From: an uncultured delta proteobacterium
GTDB lineage: Bacteria; Desulfobacterota; Binatia; UBA9968
Reading direction: 5' to 3'
Length of the DNA stretch: 64,000 nucleotides
NCBI GenBank assembly: GCA_963847445.1
Contig: CAWJZV010000004.1
Location: forward strand, 1-64,000
A program made the position numbers and the translations under genes. Of the stretch, positions 44,040-53,598 are shown piece after piece. Below the pieces are notes generated by a model. It was not told the DNA's origin. It worked only from the letters and a program-made list of their open reading frames with translations, and made no database searches. Position 1 is the first letter of the stretch, and every line of letters begins with the position of its first letter.

Positions 44040-45053
44040 TCACGGCAGTGGGCAAGGCCGCGTCAGCCGATTGACCTGCGGGATCACCTCGGCGCCAAAA
44101 CGCTCGATGGTTTCCAAGGCAAAGCGCGGGTCCATGCCCGGCCAGTCGACCATGAACCACATGACCTCGGTGTTAAACTCCTCGTAATAGGACATCACCT
44201 GCTCGACAACTTCGGCAGGGCTGCCAAGGATCAAGCGATCGCGCTTCAACTCGTCGAACTTGAGATCGTAGCGTTCACCCGGCTGGCCCCATTGCTGATA
44301 GCGCAAGTAACGCCGCTCGTAACCTTCGCGGATACGATCTTCAGCTTCGCGCGTGCTGTCGGCGATGCACAGATCGCGAAAAATAAACAAGCCTTTGTAC
44401 GGCCGCCCCTGCTTCTCCAGCGCCGCCTTGTAGACCGGCAACGCTTCGCGCAAGAAAGCTCTTCGAGTGGCGCCGGCTGGCGATCCAGTGGTCCGCCACC
44501 TCCGGCACTTTGGCGACGGTCTTGACGGAATCGGCGCCGAGCAAGATCGGCGGACCGGGACGCTGCACCGGCCTGGGCGCCATCGTCACTTTGTCGAGAT
44601 GAAAATACTTGCCGTGAAAGGTGACGACGTCCCCGGTCCAAAGCCGGCGGATAATCTCCAGACTCTCGACTAACCGGCCGCGCCGCTCGCGCAGATCGAT
44701 GCCGAAGGATTTGAACTCGCTTTCGCGATAACCCTGGCCGACGCCGAACAGCAGTTTGCCGCCGGACAGATTGTCCAGCGTCGACATGTACTCGGCGACC
44801 ATCACTGGATGGTGCAACGGCAAAAGAAAGATCGAAGTGCCGACGTACATGCCCGGCACCCGGCCGGCCAGATAAGACAACAACGGTATCGACTGCAAGA
44901 TCGCCGCATCCGGCCCGGTGAGAAAATGCTGGGCGACGAACAGCGCGTCGAAATTATTGCGCTGCGCCGCTGCGCCCGCTCGACAACCTGCTCACACACC
45001 TCCGCCGCCGGCAAATCCGACGGGTAACTGCCAAACTCAATCCCGAATCGCAT
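44040..45053 (-). CDS. LLM-class flavin-dependent oxidoreductase (two frameshifts)
   Basis: MRFGIEF; GTSIFLLPLHHPVMVAE; GVGQGYRESEF; PRPVQRPGPPI; ILGSPAEV; IERFGAEVIP. Confidence 0.88.
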
Positions 45054-45374
45054 AGCTAACTCTCTCCTCACGATGGTCTTTGCGCAACCTAACGACCATG
45101 CTGCGCGCTCGCGCCACAAGTCAAACCGGGAAATGGCGCGCAGATATATTTCACGGCCGCCGCGATAAGCGACGAACTCGGCATTCAAACTTTTGTTTTC
45201 ATGCTTATCTTATCGGCATATATTGAAGCAAAAGCTTGGCCCTAAGGGCGGTTGAAAATGCTACGAAGACGCGACATTGACACAGGCCCAGCGCTTGGCG
45301 GTGCCCGACGACGACGGAGTTTGACGCTGCAATATTTTCCTGATTATTTGTTATCAAATTCAAAGGAGGTAGTT

Positions 45375-45641
45375 ATGACAAAGGGTAGATTTTCCCGGGG
45401 TTTGATGACCGCCATTATCGTCGGGGTGTTCGGGCTGGGTTATGTTTGCGGCTCGATGACGCAGCGGCATGCCGAGGCGCAGATCGGCGGGTTGCTGGAA
45501 AAAGCCGGCAAGGCAGGCGGCCCGGTCGGGTCGGTAGCCCAATTTGGTTCTTCGCTCGTCGAGATGCAGGACCATATTACTGGCTTACAGAAAAATCTCG
45601 ACACGTTTAAAAAGGTGCAATCATCCCTGACCGGTAAATAG
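45375..45641 (+). CDS. Small exported hypothetical protein
   Basis: AAAGGAGG SD; hydrophobic N-terminus, AEA cleavage-like site, helical C-terminus; followed by a hairpin. Confidence 0.7.
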   Translation: MTKGRFSRGLMTAIIVGVFGLGYVCGSMTQRHAEAQIGGLLEKAGKAGGPVGSVAQFGSSLVEMQDHITGLQKNLDTFKKVQSSLTGK

Positions 45642-45661
45642 CCGACCGATCTTGAGCCCAA

Positions 45662-45693
45662 CAGCGGCGTTGACTCCAACGTCAACGCCGCTG
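45662..45693 (+). terminator. Strong hairpin after the 45375 gene
   Basis: CAGCGGCGTTGAC-N6-GTCAACGCCGCTG. Confidence 0.55.
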
Positions 45694-46009
45694 GCGATGA
45701 TGCGAATTCCCCTCGTTCGTGCCGGGGGAAACAGGTATTACCGCCTCGACGAAAATTGGCTGGGATAGCGCTTGATACTTCGTACACATGGACAGAAGAT
45801 GGACAGTAAGTGCAAGGCCTTTAGGATTGAACAGTAGGAGAAGACAAATACAATCAGGTCCTAAAGCACGGCGCCGAGAGATGCGTAATCCACCGAACCG
45901 CATCAACCCCGCTTCTAAGCAAACGCCAACTCGACCTCGCGCGCTTCCATTTTAGCAACGTTTCCGCGCTTGACACCTGCGCATAGCCGCCAAGGCACGC
46001 GCGGAGCAG

Positions 46010-46156
46010 TCATACTTCCCCTCTACCGTTACACTTACTGCACTTTCCGCTGCCATGGCAGGCTCCACAGCTTCCTGGCCCCGAACCGTTGTCGCCCGTC
46101 CCGCGACACGTTCCCTGACATCTACCGCTGCCTTCGCACAGGTTACATTTCGCCAT
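46010..46156 (-). CDS. 48-aa DnaJ-type (CxxCxGxG) zinc-finger microprotein, not in ORF track
   Basis: MAKCNLCEGSGRCQGTCRGTGDNGSGPGSCGACHGSGKCSKCNGRGEV*; GAGGAG SD 7 nt before ATG. Confidence 0.75.
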   Translation of the reverse strand: MAKCNLCEGSGRCQGTCRGTGDNGSGPGSCGACHGSGKCSKCNGRGEV

Positions 46157-46336
46157 TAGCTACTCCTCTTGATCGATCCCGTGTATGGGTAGGACGACGT
46201 TATTGACTAGTTGGACAAACTCTTAGACCGTCGCGTTCACAGGAAGAATTTCAGCGCTGACAGCCTCTTGCCCACTTAGGCAAAGCGGCTCCCTTACTCC
46301 TCTATTGAATTCTCGATCAGCCACCCAAAACCGATT

Positions 46337-46627
46337 TTACGCAAATGCCGCTTCGACTTCGCGCACTTCCATCTTGGCGACGTTGCCGCCGAGTTTCACT
46401 CCGCCGGCCGCCACCGCGGCTTGAAACTCTTTGCCCTTCGCTTCCATCTCCGCTTTGTCTTTGTAATTGCGAACCCAGATGAATTCGTTTTGCGGCCGAT
46501 TCACCCAGCTGCCGACGATGGGCACGCCGATCTTTTGGTGCAGCGTGACGATGTCATCCTTGAAGTGCTTGAGAAAATTGTCCATCTCGCCCTTGTTGAT
46601 CGTGTAAATGCGAATCTGCGATATCAT
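46337..46627 (-). CDS. NIPSNAP family protein
   Basis: MISQIRIYTINKGEMDNFLKHF..NEFIWVRNY; GGAGG SD. Confidence 0.8.
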   Translation of the reverse strand: MISQIRIYTINKGEMDNFLKHFKDDIVTLHQKIGVPIVGSWVNRPQNEFIWVRNYKDKAEMEAKGKEFQAAVAAGGVKLGGNVAKMEVREVEAAFA

Positions 46628-46784
46628 TTTGCTTTCCTCCAATTTGTCTAGGTTTCCCACTGCTCGGCCGCCACAGCGTGGAAACTACCCGAGTCTATCG
46701 CTGCCAGTCAAACGAATTTAATCGCGCCGTTCACGAGCGCAGCGCGCCAACTTCTTGGAGCCGAGAACCTTCGGATTCGGATCT

Positions 46785-46982
46785 TTTCTCCCGCAATGGC
46801 GCAAAGACGCTAAGTGACAGGCCAGAGGCTTGTCATCCCGAGAGAATGCGAGGGATCTAAAAAAGGATTTCCCTCTGCGTCCGAAATGACAATGTCTTCC
46901 CTTTGCGCCTTTGCGCCTTTGCGCCTTCGCGCCTTCGCGCCTTTGCGAGTTAATCCGATCCTTTTTTTGCGCCCTTTGCGGT
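46785..46982. repeat. Composite repeat (CGCAAAG/TTTGCGCC runs enclosing a GTCAT palindrome)
   Basis: TTTGCGCC/TTCGCGCC tandem run; GTCATCCCGAG..GAAATGACA core closely resembling 3160-3270. Confidence 0.75.
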
Positions 46983-47047
46983 TAATACTCCGATTCCGAA
47001 TTCATGCGGTTGACGCCTTCAATCATTTTGCCTAAATTGTAGCCTCG

Positions 47048-47644
47048 ATGAAAATTGCTTTGGATATCGACGGCGTGCTGGCGGATTTCGTCACGCCGTT
47101 TTTACAACTGCTCGAACGGCGCGTCGGTGGCCCATCCATCGACCCGGCTTCCATCACCGATCCCAACTTTCAACATCATCCGTTTCTGACCAAGGAACTG
47201 GTTTACGACTGCATGGTCGACACGTCCTACGATGCCGAGTTCTGGCGCGGGCTCTCGCCGCTGCCGTCGCTGGACCAGTGGCAAGCGCTCAACCAGGTGA
47301 GCCGCGACAACGAAGTGGTCTTCATCACTCACCGTTGGGTGCGCGACAGCTACGATATCAACCAAGTCACGTGCGACTGGCTGCGCCGCCATGGCATCGA
47401 CAGCCCCGTGGTCCATTTCACCCAAGAAGTGAAATCGCAGCTGGTGCAGAAACTAGCGGTCGAACTGTTCGTCGACGACCGCCACGAAAACTGCGAAGAC
47501 GTGGCGACGCAAACCGAGGCCGTCGTCATGATGCCGCACCGGCCATACAACCGAGCATTCACCCATCCGAAAGTGCAGCGCATCGAAGATTTAAGACGAA
47601 CTGTTCGTTATCTTGGATCGGAGATTGCACCGCCGAGGCGCTGA
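47048..47644 (+). CDS. HAD-superfamily 5'(3')-nucleotidase (NT5C-like)
   Basis: IALDIDGVLADF, FITHR, FVDD, PYN. Confidence 0.85.
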   Translation: MKIALDIDGVLADFVTPFLQLLERRVGGPSIDPASITDPNFQHHPFLTKELVYDCMVDTSYDAEFWRGLSPLPSLDQWQALNQVSRDNEVVFITHRWVRDSYDINQVTCDWLRRHGIDSPVVHFTQEVKSQLVQKLAVELFVDDRHENCEDVATQTEAVVMMPHRPYNRAFTHPKVQRIEDLRRTVRYLGSEIAPPRR

Positions 47645-47733
47645 GATCGCGGCGGCGGATTCGCTGCGGTGAAGACTTCTTCACGCGCAATCCGGAAGAA
47701 GCCAAATAGGTGAGATGACAACGGAGGACACTC

Positions 47734-48483
47734 ATGGGAGCCATCGATAATAAAGTAGCCATCGTCACCGGCGGCGGCGGCGGCATCGGCGGCGCCATCG
47801 TTCAGCGCTTCGCCCGCGAAGGCGCCAAGCTCGCGGTCGCCGATATCAACCCGCAGGCGGCCCAAGCGCGCGTCAAAGAGGTCGCCGACCGCGGCAGCGA
47901 CGCCATCGCCATCACCAGCGACGTGACCAACAAAAAATCGGTGCAGGACATGGTCAAGGCGACCCTCGACCGTTGGGGCAAGATCGACATCCTGGTCAAC
48001 GTCGCCGGCGGCGCGCAGAGAAAAAACGTTGTCGATATCACTGCTGAAGACTGGGACCATGTCGTCAACATGAATTTGAAGTCGGTATTCCTCTGCTCCC
48101 AAGCGGTGCTGCCGACCATGCTCAAAGCCAAGTACGGCAAGATCGTCAGCATCTCGTCGATCTATGGCTTCGCCGGTAATGCCACCAGGTCGAGCTACGC
48201 CGCCGCCAAAGCCGGCGTCGCGGTATTCACCAAATCCCTCGCCCTCGAACATGTCAAAGACGGCATCAACATCAACGCCATCGCGCCCGGCAGAATCGAG
48301 ACTCCAGCGGTGCGCGGCCACTACTCCGACGAAGCCTGGGCCGCCGCCGAGGCGCAGATTCCCATGGGCCGCACCGGCAAGCCGGAAAACATCGCCAGCG
48401 CCGCGATCTTTTTAGTCCAAGACGAAAACAACTACATCACCGGGCAAACGATCCATGTGAATGGCGCATGGTTGAACTGGTAG
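47734..48483 (+). CDS. SDR oxidoreductase (FabG-like)
   Basis: TGGGGGIG, NVAGG, YAAAK, ITGQTIHVNG. Confidence 0.92.
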   Translation: MGAIDNKVAIVTGGGGGIGGAIVQRFAREGAKLAVADINPQAAQARVKEVADRGSDAIAITSDVTNKKSVQDMVKATLDRWGKIDILVNVAGGAQRKNVVDITAEDWDHVVNMNLKSVFLCSQAVLPTMLKAKYGKIVSISSIYGFAGNATRSSYAAAKAGVAVFTKSLALEHVKDGININAIAPGRIETPAVRGHYSDEAWAAAEAQIPMGRTGKPENIASAAIFLVQDENNYITGQTIHVNGAWLNW

Positions 48484-48615
48484 AAAAGAAACAGCCGTTC
48501 AAAAGTTCAAGGGTTCAAGGTTCAATCACGTGCTCGGAACAGTCCGGGGAAGTTTCTGACCTTGAACTTTTGAACCATTGAACCTTGAACACCGACGACG
48601 AAGGAGGAGTAAATC

Positions 48616-49341
48616 ATGTACGGATGGAGAGTAAGAATTGGCCATGTCGCGCCGTCGCGCGGCGACACCTTGGTCTATGAGTTCTATCAAATGCTGCCGG
48701 CGGGCTTCATGATGCTCAATAGCACCGGCACGATTCGCCAGTTGGTCGATGCCGACTTGGAGCGGCAGCTGCAACGCATCGAAGAAGCGGCGGCGGACCT
48801 GGTCGACAACAAGTGCGACTCGGTGATCATTGGCGGCTCGCCGCTGTTCACGAAACTTGGGTATGGCAGCGATATCGAGATGGGCAAGCGGCTCAGCGAC
48901 AAGTACGGCGTGCCGGTTTCCCCCGGCATCACCGGCGAGATCAAAGCGCTCAAATCGCTCGGCCTCAACAAGCTCGTCGTCGCCACGCCCCATGAAGACA
49001 CGCTCAACGAGCGCATGAAAGCGTTTCTCGAAGCGTCAGGTTTCAAAGTGCTAAAAATTCAAGGCTACGGCGTGCGCAAGAACGCCGACATCACCGACAT
49101 GGATGAGCACGCGGCCTACAAGATCGCCAAGCGGCTCTACGAATCGGCGCCGGAAGCCGACGGCGTCTTCGTCCCCTGCCCGCGCTGGCCGACGATCACC
49201 GATGTCGACCTGCTAGAGCGCGAGATCGGCAAGCCGGTGATCACCAGTTCCCAGGCTTATATCTGGCACGCGCTGAAGATGGCCAAGGTGAAGCAAGAAG
49301 TGAGCGGTTACGGAAGATTGATGGCATCGCTGGCGAACTGA
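48616..49341 (+). CDS. Maleate isomerase/arylmalonate decarboxylase (Asp/Glu racemase superfamily)
   Basis: YGWRVRIG, VVATP, ADGVFVPC, LEREIGKPVITSSQA, GYGRL. Confidence 0.88.
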   Translation: MYGWRVRIGHVAPSRGDTLVYEFYQMLPAGFMMLNSTGTIRQLVDADLERQLQRIEEAAADLVDNKCDSVIIGGSPLFTKLGYGSDIEMGKRLSDKYGVPVSPGITGEIKALKSLGLNKLVVATPHEDTLNERMKAFLEASGFKVLKIQGYGVRKNADITDMDEHAAYKIAKRLYESAPEADGVFVPCPRWPTITDVDLLEREIGKPVITSSQAYIWHALKMAKVKQEVSGYGRLMASLAN

Positions 49342-49454
49342 CGTTTCGTCATACCGGCGAAAGCCGGTATCCAGGAGTTGGGCGGGTATAACAAAGGGCG
49401 AGTGAATGAATCACTCGCCCTTTGTTTCGCAAAAACTATGACCTGGCTGAGCCG

Positions 49455-50187
49455 CTATTTTTTCCGGCTGCCGAACACTTCCTTCAACAAATCGGTCACC
49501 CGCGCTGCCGGATTGGTTCTGATTTTTTTCTCTTCCTGGGCGACCACGAAGAAGATGCCGTCGGTGGTTTTCTCGGTGACATATTGGTTGACGTCGAAGG
49601 CGATGTTTTTGGAGAACGGCACGTCTTTATACTTGCCGACCAGGGCGTTGTACTGCTGGTTGACGCCGACCTGATTCATCACGTCGGTGACCGACGGCTT
49701 GAACGCCGTCTGCAGCTTCTTGGAAGTCTTCGCCTTTGAAGTAATCCGTCGCCGCGGTGTCGCTGCCGTTCAAGATCTTGCGCGCGTCGTCGAAGCTCAT
49801 CTCGCCGATGGCGTTCCAAAAAATATCCTTCGCGAAGGGCACGGCCTTTTCCGCCGCCCGGTTCATGCCGACGATGAACTCGTCGATCTGCGGCCCGTAG
49901 CCGACCAGACGCAGCGGTTGCTCCATCGTCTGCAAGGGTTTGGGCATGAGAATCTTGATCGCTTTATTCATTAAAAAGCCGTCGATGGAGCTGGTCTGTT
50001 GCACTGCGTTCTCGGTGCCGACCTTGAGCGCCTCCTGGAGACCGGAGCCGACCTTGGCGTCGCTCAAACCGCCCACGCTGGGCAGCTTACCGCCAAAATC
50101 CTTCAACAGTTTATCGAATTGCGCCGCCGCCGGATGCACCGCTAATAAGCAAAACAGTATCGTCAACCACCCTTTGATCATTTCCAT
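49455..50187 (-). CDS. DUF4197 family exported protein (frameshift near 49730)
   Basis: [51 protein letters not shown]. Confidence 0.88.
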
Positions 50188-50231
50188 CTCCTGTGACGCT
50201 GTTCGGAAACCAAATCGGTTGGACCACCGCG

Positions 50232-50633
50232 CTACAATAGCTCTTTCGAGCGGCGCGGCGAGTCAAGAATATCGCCCAGCTTAAAATCGTTGATCGCCGC
50301 GGCGAAACCGGCGTCGATAATCAAGTTGATAATCTCCTCTTGAGCGTCCCGCGGCGACAAGCGAAACGCGGTGCGCAACGGCGGGATCGCCTGACGCCAT
50401 TTGCTCTGGCTCAGATAGGCGCGGCCAAGGTAGAAAAAAGCCTGTCCGTCCCTTGGATTGTCATGGGTCGCATCCTCAAGATAGGGAATCGCCTCGGCGA
50501 AGCGGCCTTGCTGGAAAAGTGTCAAGCCGGTGTCAAAAACGTCGCGCCGCGAACCCCAGCGGTCCATGGACGAACAAGATGTGAGGAATACCAAACTTAA
50601 GGCGATGCCCACCAGTGCGAAACGATTTCTCAT
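50232..50633 (-). CDS. TPR-containing lipoprotein
   Basis: Lipobox LTSC; AFFYLGRAYL..AIPPLRTAFRLSP TPR pattern. Confidence 0.75.
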   Translation of the reverse strand: MRNRFALVGIALSLVFLTSCSSMDRWGSRRDVFDTGLTLFQQGRFAEAIPYLEDATHDNPRDGQAFFYLGRAYLSQSKWRQAIPPLRTAFRLSPRDAQEEIINLIIDAGFAAAINDFKLGDILDSPRRSKELL

Positions 50634-50664
50634 TGGACTCACCCTCCTAATGGGTGTTAGACGC

Positions 50665-50706
50665 AAAAAAGCCCCTAATCTTAGCGGACCAGCCAAGATT
50701 GGGGCT
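50665..50706 (-). terminator. Intrinsic terminator after grxD
   Basis: AGCCCCAATCTT..AAGATTAGGGGCT followed by a T run on the minus strand. Confidence 0.65.
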
Positions 50707-50711
50707 GTTTC

Positions 50712-51035
50712 TTACTTCGCAAATGCGGTCTTCAGCAGCGGTTCGAGCTCGCCACGTTCGTGCAGCTCGTGCAGGATGTCGCAGCCGCCGACGAACTTGC
50801 CGTCGATGTAAACCTGCGGAATGGTCGGCCAGTTCGAGTAGCGCTTGATGCCTTCGCGCACCGCCGAGTCGGCGAGCACGTCATCACTGGCGAAGGGAAA
50901 CCCGTAGGACTTGAGGATCTCCACGGTATGCGCCGAAAAGCCGCACTGGGGAAAATCCGGCGTGCCCTTCATATAGACCATGACTTTGTTGTTCTTAACT
51001 TTTTCGTCAATCTTGCTGATCGTATCTTCTGCCAT
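50712..51035 (-). CDS. grxD: Monothiol glutaredoxin Grx4
   Basis: [23 protein letters not shown]. Confidence 0.96.
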   Translation of the reverse strand: MAEDTISKIDEKVKNNKVMVYMKGTPDFPQCGFSAHTVEILKSYGFPFASDDVLADSAVREGIKRYSNWPTIPQVYIDGKFVGGCDILHELHERGELEPLLKTAFAK

Positions 51036-51062
51036 AACTATCTCTCCTTCTTACGTTAGAAA

Positions 51063-51317
51063 CTACGCCCCCAGCTTTTCCCACTGGGCCGGACTATAGG
51101 TCTTGAGCGATAGCGCGTGAATGCGCTGGTCGGCCAATGGCTCCTTGAGCACCTCGTTGACCATGCGGTGTTGTTCGAGCAACCCTTTGCCGTCAAAGGC
51201 CGCCGACACGATAATGACTTGCCAGTGATCGCCGCCGCCGGTCAAATCCTGCGTTTCCACCAGCGACACCGGCAGTCCTTTGGACAATGTTTCTTTGATT
51301 TCGTCAGGACTAATCAT
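51063..51317 (-). CDS. bolA: BolA/IbaG family protein
   Basis: GGDHWQVIIVSAAF..QHRMV..IHALSLKT; adjacent to grxD. Confidence 0.92.
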   Translation of the reverse strand: MISPDEIKETLSKGLPVSLVETQDLTGGGDHWQVIIVSAAFDGKGLLEQHRMVNEVLKEPLADQRIHALSLKTYSPAQWEKLGA

Positions 51318-51386
51318 GGAGAAATCTTACCGGCAACCAAGCCCGCTTGCAACCGTCGGGTCGTGGTTCAGTTTCACAAGAAAACC

Positions 51387-51446
51387 GTAGGGGCGACCCT
51401 GTGTGGGCGCCCGTCCGAGAGGGCAGACACACAGGTCTGCCCCTAC
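51387..51446. repeat. GTAG-type REP doublet (REPIN-like)
   Basis: GTAGGGGCGACCCTGTGTGGGCGCCC..GGGCAGACACACAGGTCTGCCCCTAC. Confidence 0.75.
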
Positions 51447-51507
51447 GTTGATGCGTCGTAGAACCAAATTAAACATTCCCAACCGGTGCACCTGCGCACG
51501 ACAATTT

Positions 51508-52011
51508 CTACCCCACCGGGCCTTCGTAGTCCGGCCGTACTTTGCGCAGCATGGCGCGCAAATCGGCGCGCAGTTCGTCGAGGGTCGGCCGGCCGAGATA
51601 CCAGTAGCCGTTGTATAAATTATGAATCGTCAGGTCCGGCATCAATGAGAAACTATGCGGCATCGCCGTCACCCCCCTGCTCTTGGAGGTCTCGGTCATG
51701 TCGAGCAGCTTGACGACTTTGCGCTCTTGATCGCTCAGGAAAGGAAACTGCGCGCCCAGGCCGGTGCGAAAGGCATCGTTGATATCGGGCGAATCGACAC
51801 AGCAGACCGCGAGCTTGCAATAATTGATCGCTAGCTCCTCTTGAAGTTCAACGTAATGGCGCAACTGCACCTGGCATTTGCCTCACCAGTAACCCCGGTA
51901 AAAAGTCAGGATGAAGGGGAACTTGCCGACCAGGTCGGATAACTTGACCGGCTGGCCTTCATGGTCGGGCAACTCGATATCGGGAAACTTTTGACCGATC
52001 TTGAGATTCAT
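51508..52011 (-). CDS. AhpC/TSA peroxiredoxin-like selenoprotein, UxxC
   Basis: GGAGG SD then MNLKIGQKFPDIELPDHEGQPVKLSDLVGKFPFILTFYRGYW-UGA(51883-51885)-GKCQVQL in frame with ORF 51508-51870 (FPFLSD..GYWYLGRP). Confidence 0.85.
51854..51878 (-). promoter_or_regulatory. Bacterial SECIS-like hairpin
   Basis: GGUGC-AGUU-GCGCC begins 11 nt after the UGA; it can be extended by AAUG/CAUU. Confidence 0.55.
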
Positions 52012-52058
52012 ACTGCCTCCCTCTGGTTTAGGTACGGAATGTGAATTGGCGTCGAAGT

Positions 52059-53048
52059 CTACTGATAACGTTTGGCCATCTCAGTAAAGAAGCCTTCTTT
52101 TTCCAACTGCTGCAATAGACTTAAGTCGACGAACTGTTCCGGCTTGGCGCTCTTCGCCTGAGCCACCTTCGGAGCCAACTCGTCGAGCAGATACTGAATT
52201 CCTTTCAACGTCGGATAGGGCCGCTTGGCGACTCTCTTGACGAACCAGTCATAAGTTGCGTCCAGCACCTCCTGCTCGTTAGTGCGCATATATTTGCCGG
52301 CGATGCGTTTGGACTCGTCCTTATTCTTACCGATAAAATAAATCGCCTCGACATAGGAGCGCAGCGCGCTCAAAACGGTGTCGCGCTGGCTGCGAATGAA
52401 GCCGCGCGAAGTCGCGAAGCCATTGCCCTGCACCTCGATGCCCAGTTCGAGCATGTCGAACACTTCGATCAAACCTTGCTTTCTTGCCCGCGGGGTCTCG
52501 GACGGTGTGAGAATCGTTGCTTCAATGCGGCCGGCGTCGACGGCGCTTAGTCGCTCCATGGTCGGGCCGGCGACGACCAGCGCGACGTCCTTGCCGGCTT
52601 CGAGATTGAACTTTTTCAGCAAGATCAGCGCCGCGTTATGGGACGCCGAACCAAAGCCGCTGACCCCCAATCGTTTGCCCTTCAGATGTTCGACCCGGGT
52701 AATCGCCGGCTTGGCGACGACGGAATAATTGTAAGTCGATTCGGAGGAAGCGATCAAAACGATGTCGTGACCCTGTAGGCCGGCCGGCACCACGGTGCCG
52801 ATATTGACGATCGGCGGATCGCCGGCGACCAGCGCTTGCGTCGCCATTTGGCCGCCGCGAAAGAATATCACTTCGGCATCGAGGCCGTGGCGGCGATAGA
52901 TGCCGGCGTCTTTGGCGATCCAAATGTGAATCTGATTGTAGGAGATCGCCGGATAGCCGATCTTGATCTTCTTCAGATCTTGGCCATCGACATTGGCGCC
53001 GGCAAGAGTTTGTAGGACTAAAATGGCTCCACAAAGCAGAGTTTTCAC
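52059..53048 (-). CDS. NMT1/SsuA-type ABC substrate-binding protein
   Basis: IKIGYPAIS, GLDAEVIFFRGG, KGKRLGVSGFGS; close paralog of the gene starting at 11061. Confidence 0.88.
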   Translation of the reverse strand: MKTLLCGAILVLQTLAGANVDGQDLKKIKIGYPAISYNQIHIWIAKDAGIYRRHGLDAEVIFFRGGQMATQALVAGDPPIVNIGTVVPAGLQGHDIVLIASSESTYNYSVVAKPAITRVEHLKGKRLGVSGFGSASHNAALILLKKFNLEAGKDVALVVAGPTMERLSAVDAGRIEATILTPSETPRARKQGLIEVFDMLELGIEVQGNGFATSRGFIRSQRDTVLSALRSYVEAIYFIGKNKDESKRIAGKYMRTNEQEVLDATYDWFVKRVAKRPYPTLKGIQYLLDELAPKVAQAKSAKPEQFVDLSLLQQLEKEGFFTEMAKRYQ

Positions 53049-53136
53049 CGGTCCGCCTTTCGATTTCACGCGCAATTATAATAGATATCGAGCAGCATGC
53101 TCATTGGATCGCAGCGTTTTCCCGCGACGGTCGAAT

Positions 53137-53598
53137 CTAACGGATATCACCGTGAGCGTCAATTGGCGCGTTCGGCTCGCGCCGACGAGTCATGGCAATC
53201 GCGAGACCTTTTGTCACTAAGTATCGCAAGCGCCCCGCGGCGAGCATTAAGCCGAGCGCTGCCCCCAATACGTTGCAACAAATGTCTGTGGCGGACGGGA
53301 ACCTGCTGTGAGAGTAAATTTGCAGAAACTCGACCGATGTCGAAAGTAGCGTCGCTGCAACCAGCACCCATAGGTTTTTTCTCTTGCGCCATGGAACTAA
53401 CAGCAAACCTCCGGCGAAATACCCGAATGGGACGAAAAGCGCAAAATTGGCAGCGATGTCTAACCAGTCCAACCGATGGCCATAGAAGGGTATCCACTGG
53501 ACTTGCGCCCAATGGGAATGGCCGACGAAATTGGACCACGGCAGCAGGGTCGCTGCCAGTATCGCGGCAATCGATGCCAGCAAGCCATTGAAGCTCAT
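53137..53598 (-). CDS. VanZ family membrane protein
   Basis: DIAANFALFVPFG, SVEFLQ, RFPSATDICCNVLG. Confidence 0.85.
   Translation of the reverse strand: MSFNGLLASIAAILAATLLPWSNFVGHSHWAQVQWIPFYGHRLDWLDIAANFALFVPFGYFAGGLLLVPWRKRKNLWVLVAATLLSTSVEFLQIYSHSRFPSATDICCNVLGAALGLMLAAGRLRYLVTKGLAIAMTRRREPNAPIDAHGDIR

Noticed and set aside
46010-46012. UGA of the zinc-finger microprotein as possible Sec
   Set aside because: It falls after the last complete motif, not at a Cys position; treated as a stop.
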